From: Styela clava
Lineage: Eukaryota
Direction of reading: 5' to 3'
Assembly (NCBI RefSeq): GCF_964204865.1
Contig: NC_135256.1
Span: forward strand, 8,928,001 to 8,992,000
Length of the DNA stretch: 64,000 bases
Position numbers and translations under genes: made by a program. Shown piece by piece: positions 11,201-23,877 of this stretch (positions are counted from its first letter, which is position 1; each line of letters begins with the position of its first letter). The notes beneath the pieces were generated by a model. That model was given only the letters and a program-made list of their open reading frames with translations. It searched no databases and was not told the origin of the DNA.

Positions 11201-14200
11201 GAAGAAAGCTCGTTTCAAGGCAATAATTACGACTTTACGTAATTCGTAACTTCCCTTCCGTAACTCCAAATAATTACGTAATTCCGTAAATTACGTGCAA
11301 GCCTAGTTGAAATACTACTTTTTAATTTATTTTTTGTATGAAGAGATCGTGAGCTATGAGCCATACATGTCCCCACCCCCGCGAGGGAATAGGATTCACC
11401 TGTTTTCAGCTATTTATCAGCCAAACTAGCTCAACTAATTTGGCTGTTTTTGCTGTCAAATTTTTATATTGACGTTTTTAATATTACATAGTATTTATGA
11501 AGAAAAATATCAACACAACACATAACAAAAAGCAACTAGGCGCCCAGTTTTAAATCATACAGTGGAATTGGAGTCCTTTTTAACGGCCTTTGGGCACGGC
11601 TATAAATTCTGAGTGTTTGTCGTTAAGTACGAGTGTCATTTAGTCCGTCGACATCTATAAACTAAGTTCCGACCCAATTTTCCCTCTACGCAGGTATTAT
11701 TTTTAATTTTGTTAACTACACAATTTCATTATAGATATATTGACATGACCAGCTAGAGCCCTATAGACTTTCTCAAAATATATGATAGCAATTGTAAAAT
11801 ATTATAAAATAGAAAAGAAAAAAAAACATCCTCGACGGTTATAGGTAGGCCTTCTTATTATCGGTGCTGATTGATATTCTTTCATGTTGGCTTTGATTTA
11901 TTGCGTCGACGATTACGATTAACCACAAAATAAAATATTTGTAAAATGCTTTTAATTTGAACGTAGGACGGCGGCGCTAGAATGTGTGTGCGATCTTCGA
12001 TATACTTTTAAACACGAATAACGATATTCGAAGGTCGCGATATTAACATTAAATTCGAATTGTACATCCCGGCTTCCCGGAATTGGAAAGTCCCGGCTTT
12101 CTAATTGAACACCGAAATTACTAGTGGCACTGTACAATGCATCTTAATCAGTTAAAGCCTCTGGATACCAAACATCAATTTCATATTATGTGTTATATCT
12201 CTTTTTTCGATCTGAAATAGTGTGTGTACTATGAACAACGCTTAAATATCATTGTTTTAGCCCTACACATCAGCACACCTAAATTAAGTAATAATTATAT
12301 AGTAACTGAATATCGGTATTTTTGTGGTATCGGTATATCGGTATCGGCGTTTTTAGCTGGTATCGGTATCGGCAACAAAAGTCGGTACATCATACAAGTA
12401 TTACAAATGACTCACTTAATATACCAAATTGTAATATAAAGGCTGAAGGTCTATTGGCCATGATTCCAGTGGTTGTCGAAATAATACCTCACACTACCAC
12501 GTGATATCTATGTCCAAGAGCATGGTCTTTGTCATACTTGTACTTAGGCTTGATCGGTGAAAATACCACATGAACAGCGTAGTGGGGATATTTTTAGTAG
12601 AAAGCGAGTTACGATGTTTGAAAAATTAAAAAACTTTATGCACGCCATGAGCAGAAGTACTATAAAATTTAATCGAGCTATATTTGGTTATGGAACTAGA
12701 AATGCAACGTCCTTAAATGACCGTATGAAACGATGAATCGTAAGGCAATAGCATAATACATGAGGATGAGCTATTTAATTTATAACGCGTGTTAATTGAT
12801 GATTTTGTAAAATGTTAAGTATTACACATGTAGTGTCAATATTTAGTTACATCACAGCATTAAATGTTATAAACATGAATCATGGTTGCACATACGTTAT
12901 TGCGGACACCCGAAAGCTATAACAGTGACAGGAAATTGTTAGTGAACATTGTAAAATCCACTTAGTAGAGATGGTACGAAAAGGCACGGAAATGAAGAAA
13001 AATATAACGGATAAACAGAGATCCACTCAAGTTCTACAAATACTTATTCATTTACTAATGTGAGTGTTTGTAAAGTGGGTAATGTCCCTTCCTAGAAATA
13101 TTACATAAATTGGCCAATTTTTAACCTAAGAACATTAACTTTAAAGCATCATTCCACGTTATTACAACATATAGTTTCACGGATTCTAGATGATTAATTC
13201 TATTGATTTTATCATATCGACTTAACTTTCAGTTTTACTTGAGACTTCAACAACTTGAATGAGTGAGCCTAACTAGAACTAATCCTCACGCGTTCGGAAT
13301 TTTCGTGAAACAGTTTGATAATCGGTATGATTTAACTGAACAATGCAAAATATAAAACGATATGTAGAAATCTTCGAATATGTATTTAAAAATATACCAA
13401 TAATAATATCATACTGACCTGCCTCGGCTGATGTAATCAACATGTAGTCGTAACATTCTTGAGTGTTCAACGGGTTTATTTCAACGTGAAAAAAGCATTC
13501 AAATTCTATTTTGACGAAATAACCTTTTGGGGCAGCAATATTCCATGTACAGTCCTTTTATAAATAAAATTATTACGTATATCCTTTATAATACGCCATA
13601 ACTACACAAAAACTAACTTTGGAAATTCCAGAAGTGAGGTATTTGCAAATTGAATAAATATTAACTCATAAAACAAATATGACAAATAATTTTGAGTTAT
13701 TGTGTTACGTTTTATGACGTTCTGCTCTCGATTAGACTTATACGTCCAAGAAAGACTTCATTCGTACTAAACTAGCACGTAACCTGCTATGAGTAAGCCC
13801 ACCTTTTGTACATTGAACCCAAAACGAACCAGTAAATACAAGCACGAATCTGAACAAAACGTTATTTCAGTAATATGAAAAGCTGATATATATATCCAAA
13901 TATTGCTTGAAAAAACACCAAGTTGCACCATAAGACTAAATATTTTTCAAAAGTGTTGTCATTACAATAATTGGATTATATCATTACCGTATTTGGTGGA
14001 TACATCCATGTTTGACTGTCTGATATAGGAGTTCTTAACTTTGTTCCGCTGCGTTGTATAACTGAAGAGCAAGCAAATATATCCGATTGTAAAAAACAGC
14101 TCTCTTTCCCTTTAAAAGATATTATCCTTGGTTATTCAAGCAGTCGCGAACAAAAAACTCATTTCCAGCTAAAACTTGCTTACCTGTATACTTCGATATT

Positions 14201-17200
14201 TGAGTTTGAATCCATCCCATGTAGTTTGAAACATCGACGTAAACTCCGGGCCTGTGCTTGAGTGCACAACCTATACCAAAGCTTGTGATTCCAAACATGA
14301 CGGTGATTTTTTGTCTGATACAAGTTAAAGGACCTCCACTGTCACCTTGGCATGAATCAACTCCACCATTTTCAAGTCTGTCACGTCATAAATTTAAAAA
14401 AGTCAACATGAACAGGCGACTTGACGAATGGCAAAAAAATACATTTAAACGTTTCCAACACCGATTCTATGTATTTGCAGTGATTATTGAGGGATCCTTT
14501 GGTTCCATTAATAATCTAAGAATTAGATGGGGTCGGATTATGTCGGTAGGAAACCTAGCCAAACAATCTAATTTGAAATTTCCAACGTACCCAGCACAGA
14601 AATGATTTTGTGGTAATATTACTCCGACTTGCTTGTACCAAGTTTCACAAGCTGATTTTTTGAGTATGAGAATAGCTGCATTTTGTAACACTCTATTGCT
14701 ACTGGTTCCTGAAATAATAAATTGTTAAATGTATCAGTGCGGACGCGACCCCGTGTTTCAGAGGTAAGTAAATCACTCACTGATCTACATTTTGCAAATT
14801 GGTCACTATTACCAGCTGAGCAAATATTCTAAATTAAAAATTAAAGTTGCGAGTAGTGTAGTTTAAATCGGGGTGGAATGACATTAAAACGAACTTATTA
14901 AACCAATAATAACGATATACTCCACTAAATCAGGCCGATCAAACATAGCTTCACACTACTACCCATACCCTACCCCTCCTTGGTTAGAATTTCATATTGA
15001 CATCTTGATTTGTTTCAATTTAATGATTTATTTTAACGAAATATATATAGGCTATATAATTCTTTTCTTCAGTTTTTCGCCCCAGCGACTTCAGTAAATT
15101 ATTCGAGTGTTATTTGTTCAGAGATTTATATTCTTTTGAATTCTATTTTCTGACAAAAATTCATATACCTAGTCTTACAAAAAAATGAGCAATTACGAAT
15201 TTCCATTTTAGACATTTTAACCCTTTTTTCCAGAATATGAATTTTGGATAACTAAACCTAGAATGACAATCTGTGATATATTAAGCATGAGTATATTATT
15301 ATAGATAGTTTGTTATGCAACCACAATTATTTTAACCATTTACATCCCTCGCCTCTATAAAGTAATATTGTACCATCAGTTGTTTGAGAGGTTGATGAGA
15401 AACTGAAATACACATGATCTAATATAAAGTCATTTCCAAATGTCACATTTCTGCATAAATGAGGAAATAAATTAATGACTAACATGTGTGTAAAATATGT
15501 AAAAGCACCGAGATTTTTAAATAATTTTTTTGGCAAAATAAACTTCCAAATTTTTTGTTTCTGATGAAAATTGTAAAATAAAAATAAATCGAACTCTTGA
15601 AGGTAGTTTGTAGTTGTATACTACGAAAAAATTGGTAAATTTAATATATACTATGTGGCTTGAATGTTCAAATTCAACGTTCTACCACTAACCTTGCGTT
15701 TCTCCCCATCCGGCAATTCGGCACGTTTCACCGTTTATGACATTTTGATCGATAGTTGGAAAGCATACTGGTCTGATATAGTTCGTGTATTCTACTTCTC
15801 CCGCCAGTTTGATTAAACATACATCGTCAACAAACGCATTTGACGAACCAATAAATACTGGAAAAATACCCCGAAACAATAAACAATATCTTGTAACAAA
15901 ATACAGAATTATGCAAACCAAACTTACAGTGATGGCAAGTATATCTCGCAATTGCAAATCTTTTGACCGAATCGTCCTTCAGGTCTTTTTGATGAGCGCC
16001 AAGAGCGACGTGTGTGTATGAAATCGGATTACTGTGGCAAATGTGAACATAATTTAATGGGGGGAAGTATTGTATATATTTAAACAAAAGAAAAGCCCAA
16101 TAATTGAAAATGGGGAGAAAAGAACAGACAAAGTAAAAGAAGAGAAAATGTGAAAATAGAAGAGTACATAACAAAAAAGGAATCCGCAAATACTTACTTG
16201 GAAAAGCAATGTGCTGCGGTAAGAACCCATTGCTTTTTTATCAGACTCCCTCCGCATACAAACGCAAACCTATTTGCACCTGCATCATTATTATAACTTT
16301 TGTAATATCTCAATATCATGGCCATCCAAGGCCAGTCTCCTCTCAGAGAATCTGAACCCCCAACGATTCGAGGTGAGTGATCAACTGAACTTGTGTATCT
16401 TATTCCGCATTTTGCTATAAATAAAAGCCAAACACAATCTGTAACCTTTTTGTATGTGTGCACCATGTCTATTATGTTAAACATTATATCGTCACGCTAA
16501 TAACCGAATTGCGTAAGCCATTTTTGGCGATTTTGAGATTTTATAAAATAGGTATTTATGTAATGCTGCGCACCTGTCCGTTAACTCAGATTTTATTTTA
16601 AGAATTCCGAAACCCATAAAAATGGAGATAACATGTACATTTGTGCAATTGTTTGGTCATAATGAATTATCCTTGTTACCGCAGGACTATTGTGACGTCA
16701 CAAAGGCAAAATAACCTCGGCGACGTATTTTCGAGTTTTTGCATTTCGGATTCTAGCTTAGTGCGTATTAATTTGAGTTTATACTACAGTATAGGAAGAC
16801 GTGCACTTGTGATATTCACTGTCCGAGTCCAATTCACCTTGGTTGGCTTTTATATTGGGTGCATTGCTGTTTTATTCTTTATATTTAATCTTAGTCTTAT
16901 TTCGGTGGGTGTGCAGAACGTGTTATATTGATGAAATATATATGTTTAAACATAAAAAAAAATGTAATTGAAACGGATTAGCTATTTTGGGGATTAGACA
17001 TTGTAGATACTGAGAATTACATTCGTTTTTGAAATGTTTAGTTTTCAGGACTGGTGCATATAGTAAAGTTGCAAAATTGCGTATGTCCCCAAGTCATAGA
17101 CACATTTCTGCCTAAGTCACAGTGCGCCTTTATGACGTCACTTAACAGCGTCATACAATTTAACTTAAATCCGGCTACGATCAAAAAATTGAACCATGGC

Positions 17201-18435
17201 AAATTGTTGACTCTCAATGGCATAACAATATCATTAGGAAGTGCTAAAAATGACTTACGCAATTTGGTTATTAGCGTGACGATATGGTATCCCTATTTAT
17301 TTGTGGACGCGATTACCTAGTGGATTCGAATGTTGAACTTAACTCGGTCGGCATCGCAGTTGAAATTCTAGGGTTCAAATCCTATTCCAACCAATGAGCC
17401 TGCCCGCGGAAACAAGTATTATTCTCATGACAGGATAAGAAAATTGGGTAGACGATATGCCGAACAGTGAAAATTTTGGATATAAAACACAGCGACCCCC
17501 TTACTTAGAGTGCTTACTTATCCAGACAAAAATATATTAGAAAATATGAACACGATTTTTATTTTTCCAAACAAATTCGTTGGAAAAGATGGTTTCATAC
17601 AAGACAGATCAAGTTTTTCGACAATTAAATGTCATTATTTGTGTCCTTAATTGTCACATATTCCAGCTTTAATTCAGAATCCTTGTATGTGAGACATTCG
17701 ATAGAAATTTATTGAAACATCAAAATGGAAATACGAAAATATTCGTCTTTGTCATTAAAAGTTGTTAAGAATCAACCTACGTTCATTTTGCCAAGTTGAT
17801 CCTGAGATTGATATTCTTCCTTCAATTTCAGTTTCATTTGTATAAGTTCCATTTACTTTTGTGAAATTGATAGGCTGTAAATTTGACATTCTCATCATAA
17901 CACCATCTGTGAGAAATACATAAATGAAGGCTTCTGCTATTTAGTTTGAAAATTGGTTTCAAATCTGTGTTTTATTGTGAGCAATTACAAACTCAAGAAA
18001 CGAAAATTTATTGATTTTTTCTTTCATAGACCGGTTACATTTTTCCTTAAGATACGGATTCGAAAATTTAGCAATAAAATGGATACGGTTTTTAAAAAAA
18101 TATATCATTATTAAAGAATCACTCTGTATTCTATATATCTAATTAATTATCGAATAGCATTCGTCATTTTACCATATTTGAATAGACAGCGAAATAATAA
18201 TATTGATTTTTCAACCAAGATTGATTCTAGTTTTTCATCCCAAACTTTGAAGTTTCATCATTATTTTGCTACCTTTCATGTTTATAAATCATTGTTTATT
18301 TTAAAAATGTGGTTTTTCGAAACGATATAGCAAAATCTTGATTCCATCCAACTTACGTTTTCCATTCGAATTTGTTACAGCCGTATACATAAGACTCTTC
18401 AAAAAAAGACACTGCAGTAATATTTTAATCCACAT
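8205..18435 (-). CDS. Trypsin-like serine protease + CUB + short stalk + GPI-type tail (family member B, about 581 aa)
   Basis: Exons (-): 18435-18357 (signal [12 protein letters not shown]..), 17906-17781 (least certain), 16414-16198 (R|IVGG, AAHC), 16031-15928, 15857-15693 (DDVCLIKL), 14708-14591, 14377-14184 ([11 protein letters not shown], Asp189), 14109-13988, 13554-13419, 8689-8205. All introns are GT-AG, the phases are compatible, and the total is 1746 nt with no internal stop. Confidence 0.88.
9172..11305. mobile_element. Non-autonomous hAT element, 2134 bp
   Basis: Perfect 17-bp TIR TAGGCTTGCACGTAATT. Perfect 8-bp TSD GTTGAAAT at 9164-9171 and 11306-11313. CGTAATT/AATTACG subterminal repeats. 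No transposase ORF. Confidence 0.92.
10775..11045. repeat. Three imperfect tandem copies (about 70-105 bp) inside the hAT element
   Basis: A core resembling GAAGTTGAAACCAGGTGTGTTGGCGTC recurs at about 10777, 10883 and 10951. Copies 1 and 3 also share TTCTTCCCCCT..TACATTGGCCATG..AGATAAG. Confidence 0.75.
16486..17285. mobile_element. MITE, about 800 bp, with 43-bp TIRs in an intron of member B
   Basis: ATATCGTCACGCTAATAACCGAATTGCGTAAGCCATTTTTGGC at 16486 and its reverse complement ending at 17285 (3 mismatches). The TSD is unclear (possibly TA or AT). Confidence 0.85.
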
Positions 18436-19159
18436 GTTATCCATCTCCGATTCTTGGAGCTCGTTCAATAGCAAAAAGTATAATGCTCGGTTGAGAAAAC
18501 GGCATGTGACGCTATCCATTACGTATTATGCGTCATTTCTTTCCAAGCCATTACTGGGCGTTCATCGATGGATTCTTAGTTAACGAAATTTCCCATAGAA
18601 TTTTAAGTCTTCTAAATATAGCTTCCTCTAATGCACAAAAACGTATACGCCACCACTAGTCAAATACGCCTTTGCTAGCACATGCTCTCGTATAGACCTG
18701 ATCCAAATTACGATATTAACCATGTGCTATGATAACGGTCTGTATTATCTGCCAATCTCTGTCTGTGTGAAGTGATTGTACTCGCAGTCAAAACGCATAA
18801 TTTCCGGCAATTGAATATGACATCATTTCCAGTAGCGTTTAGGACCCGCGTTTGTTTTTCACTATTATGTTACCTCGACTGCAAAGAGGCAGTGTTCATC
18901 ACTGTAGTTGTGACTCAGTGCATTCTAATTCGCGAAACATTCGCGTGTCACGAGTAAAACAAATACATTACCAATGCTACATATTTAAGACTGATAAGGG
19001 ATCTCAAGCTTTCCTATTTAGGTTCGCTTGAAGCGGATGCATAAATTGTTTTTCTAAATTATTGAACGTGTATTTTACCTTAATTATTCTATCCATTTTA
19101 TCGTATTTCAATCCGTAAAGTATTATTTTAAACAAGTTAGCAAATTTGATTGTGACCCT

Positions 19160-19570
19160 CAGGCTTGTCCATGGGACATATTTTTCTGTCCCATTCCCAT
19201 CCCATAGCAATTATGCCTGTCTATACTATGGGATTCCTATTGGAATAAAATTCAATAAATATGACTACATGTACGAATAGACATGCAAAACAACAAAATG
19301 TACGGACTTTGTTAATTTTATATTCATAACTATTATACATGTGGCCATCAGCTTCACTAAGTATATTGTTAATGCTGAATATATTTTGCTCCTTATAACT
19401 AACAAGAGAGCTATGCTTGAATATATGGACACGAAATCCATAACGAAATGTTTTACTGTCATTTTCCCGAAAATCATACGATTTTCGTGTCCCCCGTGTC
19501 TCATGGGAAATGCAAATGTGTGCTGTCCCATGGGATTCTCTTGTGAATCCCATTTCTATGGACAAGCCTG
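19160..19570. mobile_element. hAT MITE, 411 bp
   Basis: TIR CAGGCTTGTCCAT at both ends. TSD GTGACCCT / GTGATCCT (7/8). TCCCAT/ATGGGA subterminal repeats. Confidence 0.88.
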
Positions 19571-21328
19571 GTGATCCTAGCATATTTGTCATACATGTCA
19601 AATTATGAAAATGATGACCCCATAATACCATAAGCACTATATGGCTCATATGAAGGACACTACAAATAAAAATTCCAGCGAGAAATAGCATAAAAAGGGC
19701 ACCGATATCAGGCACATAGAATAAGATTTTAAATTTAATAATAAACAAATCGGTATTGCCTGCACAACAAAATGAATGGAGAAGAAATTTGGTGGAAAAA
19801 AGATGAGTTCATAAAGATATTCTGAGCATTTTATTATATTTACCACAAAGGACCAAGCTTCAATCCAGTCGCACAGAAGTAGATTGTGACAAAAGTTGAC
19901 TAGAGCCAAATTTGTGGATCTGATTGTCCTACACAAACTTAGATCTAAAACCCAGACGTGTGAATGATTCAAATCGACCGATTATAGCTGTTCACGATAA
20001 CTGCAGTATATATTCCTGTTTTAAATGAAAAGAACAGAGAAATGTGTCGATTATTATTTTATTCTTGTGAGCTCCATGTGATTTGTGGGCTCGATGTGAT
20101 TTTAAGTCGAAAGTTTTTTGGCGGTAGCGGTTAGGACTTGTTTTAAAACCTATTTTTTATCATTGAAATACCCCCTGCAACGCCGTAAAACCACGCCAAA
20201 ACGTTTCGTTCTGGCAGCTGCAGCCGGAGTAATAATTTCAAAATTGTAAGTAAAAATCTTTGCATTGCCTTTCCCTTTTATCGCGTACATTTATCGCCAA
20301 GTTTGTCCCTACACCAAAGTCATAAGATTTTAACAGCAATGTTTATCCGAGATATCAGAGAGACATTTTGAGTAAATAAGAAAAAGAAGTTCACGAGCCT
20401 AATACAATCCAAAAACATGTGGATCAAGGGCAGCCTTCGACAAAACAAGTGCGTTACGATGAAAAATATACTTAGATCGATGGCAACCTACGGATTTAGA
20501 CGATGAAACACCCTAGCCTAGGATATGCTAATTGTAAAACCCCTCTGATACAATGACGTAATAACTAATCAGTTAATACGTCATATTATGGATTTTGAGT
20601 TTTTGTATTAAATTTTTTTTCATAAAAAGGGCATTATTACTTTTAAAACTGTTCGGTTAATTAATTCAAATTAGCATACTTTGTTTTTGAGGTTAAAGGG
20701 ATAGCGTATTTCAAAGTTATACGAACTCATTTAATCGGCCGTGTTTTAATTTTTGCACGGTGGTTTCGTCGCAGGGTGGTTCACGCAATCGGTTGCGTCT
20801 TCCTGTACGCAAACCACGTTTGCGGACGCATTGAACTACAGCTTGAGAAGGCGTGTATGGGCAAGTCGTTAATATTTGTGGCATTTCGAAGAGTTTATAG
20901 AGAATATTAAGCACACATATACCCTTCAATTTAGTGTAATTTCAGTATTGATTAACTATATGCATGATTCCGCTAGAAGGCCATCACTTTATTTTTCCAA
21001 ATTTTTTCCGAGTCACCCAAACTTTTGCTGTTTTATTTCAATAAAAGTTATAGTAACACTGTTTTAATATTTGATATTTTAAATTTGATCATATGTTACG
21101 TTTGACGGAATATATGGATAAAATTGAACAGGAAGATTTTAGGTGAAATGTCGGTTCTGCTAGCACTCAACGCTAATTTGAAAACTTTTTGGCGCCATTG
21201 AATACTTCAATGACAGATATCTGTACAATGTTAGCCATTGGTCTTTCGCATGTTTTCCTGTCAAATCAAGTTCACCACGGTAGCAATTCACGTCGGAGAC
21301 TATGTTTGGTAACTCCGTGAATGAGCAC

Positions 21329-21481
21329 GGGTGAGTCGAATCCGTAACGAACTAGTATGACCGATTGCCACCCAGTTTTGCAACATGTCTTCATACTTCA
21401 CCCATATTCTTTCATTCTTAGACATGTTGCAAAACAGGGTGGCAATCGGTCATACTAGTTAGTTACGGATTCAACTCACCC
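21329..21481. repeat. Near-perfect inverted repeat (62-bp arms, 29-nt spacer)
   Basis: Arm 21329-21390 matches the reverse complement of 21420-21481 at 59/62 positions. Confidence 0.93.
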
Positions 21482-21663
21482 ACTTCCATTCGGTGGCTCT
21501 TGACTCTACTTGTAACAAGTCTATGAAAGAGAATTAATAGTCTTGAGTAAATACAGTTCACAAGTTTCGATATTAATCTTAACGTGCGTTAGAGGGCGGT
21601 GCTGGATATTAAAGAATTGGGCGATTTATCCGCTGTACATCATTTGGTGGCGCGAGCAGCAGA

Positions 21664-23877
21664 ATGTCCAGCAAAATGGAAGAACATCGTCATTATTTCA
21701 TGTATGGTTCTAAACTGAAGTTTGACGAAGATTCAACACACGAATTCAAGGTAGGATCCCAGAAGTAGTTAAAATAAAACATGATTAGTTTATTGGTATA
21801 TAATAAAAATTACAATAATGTGGACGTGGAGATCTATCTCAACTTAGCTTTGCATTTTCATAATTTCAAAGGCCTATATTATTGAGATATACAATGCACA
21901 TAACTTTATCAATGCCCAGTCCATACTATGTAGATGTTCCTTGATATATGGTTTGTAAAGCTAAATTTCATATGGATTTTAATGCCAGCATAATATATGC
22001 GAATTAAATTGCGATAATGTCATATGCCAATAGCATATATCTATAAATCACTGTGCCTGCTGGAAGTTAATATTCCAGGGGCATAGACTGATTTCTCATG
22101 CTGATATATCGAATCCGAAATCATTCAACAAAAAGCAGACGAATCAAACAAAACTCCCTCGTACCCGACAAGCTGTGTCTCGTTGTCTGTGCGCTTTCCT
22201 TAACACGGGGAGTGGAGGTGACGTTTATCTTGGAGTAAATGACGAAGGGCGGGTTATTGCTTTGAAGCTATCTCTGCGACAGGTAAGACAGCATTTTGAG
22301 CTCATAAATAATTTTACCACTCGATTATATATCGATCAGTCAATTTTCCAGAAGACTCATAATAAAAAGGTTTTCAGAATCTGGGTTAGCACATGTCAAA
22401 TAGATAAATGTCACAAACAGTCCGAATATGATGAACGTTAATAAATTAGTTTAGTCTTCTGCTCCTATTATGAGAATTCAAGTAGATAATTTTTTTTATA
22501 CTGACTTAAAAACAACATATTGGCTGTGTATTTGTATGGCAGATGGATCACTTACTGCTTCAGATTGCTCAAGTGTTTGACAGTTTTAATCCACCCGTTC
22601 CAAACTATATGTGGTGGTTGGCATTCATTCCCGTGGTAACATCGAGGTCAGAAGTTCACGAGCGGTTAGATCTGATACAAGAGTGGAGATCTCTCAAATA
22701 TGATGACGTAAAACGGTCTGTTGCGCACAGATTCCCATCGCATGGTCTTTGCTGGTGCGATGTCACGCAGCATACGGTTTGTTTATATTTTCATAGTTTG
22801 TAGAATATAATCAGTGTAACACATATGTACATAACTATAACGAAAACATGCACAAATCAAGATATAATACAAATTACAAGCTTTATAACAATATTTGCTT
22901 CATGTAATAAATTTATATAAGAAAGTAACCATGGCGTTACAGTTACATGAACGAATTCCAATGGCAGTTGCTTGATAAACTTCTTTCGTCACTAACTTTG
23001 ATTGTTATAGATGTTTTATAACATTTTAGCTACCGTTACCAAGAGCCTTTCCCACTGGTTGCCATTTTGACTATTTTATACACAAAACAACAAATGTCAC
23101 AGTCAAACACAGTGAAATTCATTTGGGCAGCAAATCCTTAATCGAATCGATTCCGCTTCTTTATCACGTACCATTCGTTGCTTGTCTAGACTCTAGTCTA
23201 CTCTAGACTAGACTATAGCCTCGATAGAAGTTGTGATAACATCCCCTCATGATCTGGTATCAATAAGGTAATATACTGTACCTGCACTATATTTACGAAC
23301 GCCTTTTTATAGGAGATGAGTCATCAATACGTTGTTCGTATTCACCTGAAGTCATCGAAAATGAAAAAATCAGAAAACAACCGACTTTGTCTTCCAACTA
23401 TTTATCAATGTGATAACGGGAAAGCTTATTTTCGAAACTGTGCTAGGTATAGTTGTGAATCACGGTTTAACTTAGAAGTAATTCAGAAACATAGAATAAG
23501 TATGCTTTGGATTGGCTCACCACATATAGTAACTTCATGGAAAACAGTAAAAACATTGCAATGCATAGAATTCACTTCAAAGTTTCAATTCAATTTCAAA
23601 ACAATTTTGAGAACGCCAATTGTAATACTCCCCGATCGACGATCGCCTCTCTCGAGCTCATGGCTGTTTAGTGGGGAATACTTGAACATTATAACTTGTT
23701 TGAAGAAGGAAACTAACAAACTCGATATTCAAATTATACTAATATCGATTACCTATTTTCAGTGTTCTGGGACATACGCCACAACAAGTAGTTCGTCACA
23801 CACGAGATTGCATCGAAAATCATTATCAGCCCATCGTCGATAAATTAAAAGAAGAACTGAAAGCACTCCTACGATAG
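21664..23877 (+). CDS. Stand-alone Schlafen/AlbA_2-domain protein (about 257 aa)
   Basis: Exons 21664-21750 (..FDEDSTHEFK), 22079-22282 (CAFLNTGSGGDVYLGVNDEG), 22543-22776 (FNPPVP..HRFPSHGLCWCD), 23313-23446 (YVVRIHL..GKAYFRN), 23763-23877 (TAG). Total 774 nt in frame. AATAAA follows near 23892. The ExxxxEFK and AFxNxxxGGxxxxGVxD motifs are the Schlafen AlbA_2 signature. Confidence 0.88.

Larger units (their letters stand above)
9032..12396. mobile_element. Older non-autonomous hAT-like element in the last intron of member B (host of the 9172-11305 insertion)
   Basis: 8-bp direct repeat AGTATTAC at 9024-9031 and 12397-12404. ATCGGT/ATCGGC subterminal repeat clusters at both ends (about 9043-9120 and 12311-12386). 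TIRs are degenerate. Confidence 0.55.

Noticed and set aside
17259-17390. Possible extra exon of member B
   Set aside because: There is a stop codon in the required phase and the region overlaps a MITE TIR.
19221-19972. Several 77-175 aa ORFs
   Set aside because: They overlap a hAT MITE and AT-rich spacer, with no motifs or splice-consistent structure.
20692-20930. Possible TTAA-flanked (Kolobok/piggyBac-like) MITE
   Set aside because: The terminal match is only about 5-6 bp and the right TTAA is imperfect, which is insufficient support.
23030-23057. Candidate micro-exon in the Schlafen gene
   Set aside because: At 28 nt it would break the frame. Exon 22543-22776 joins 23313 in phase 0 without it.
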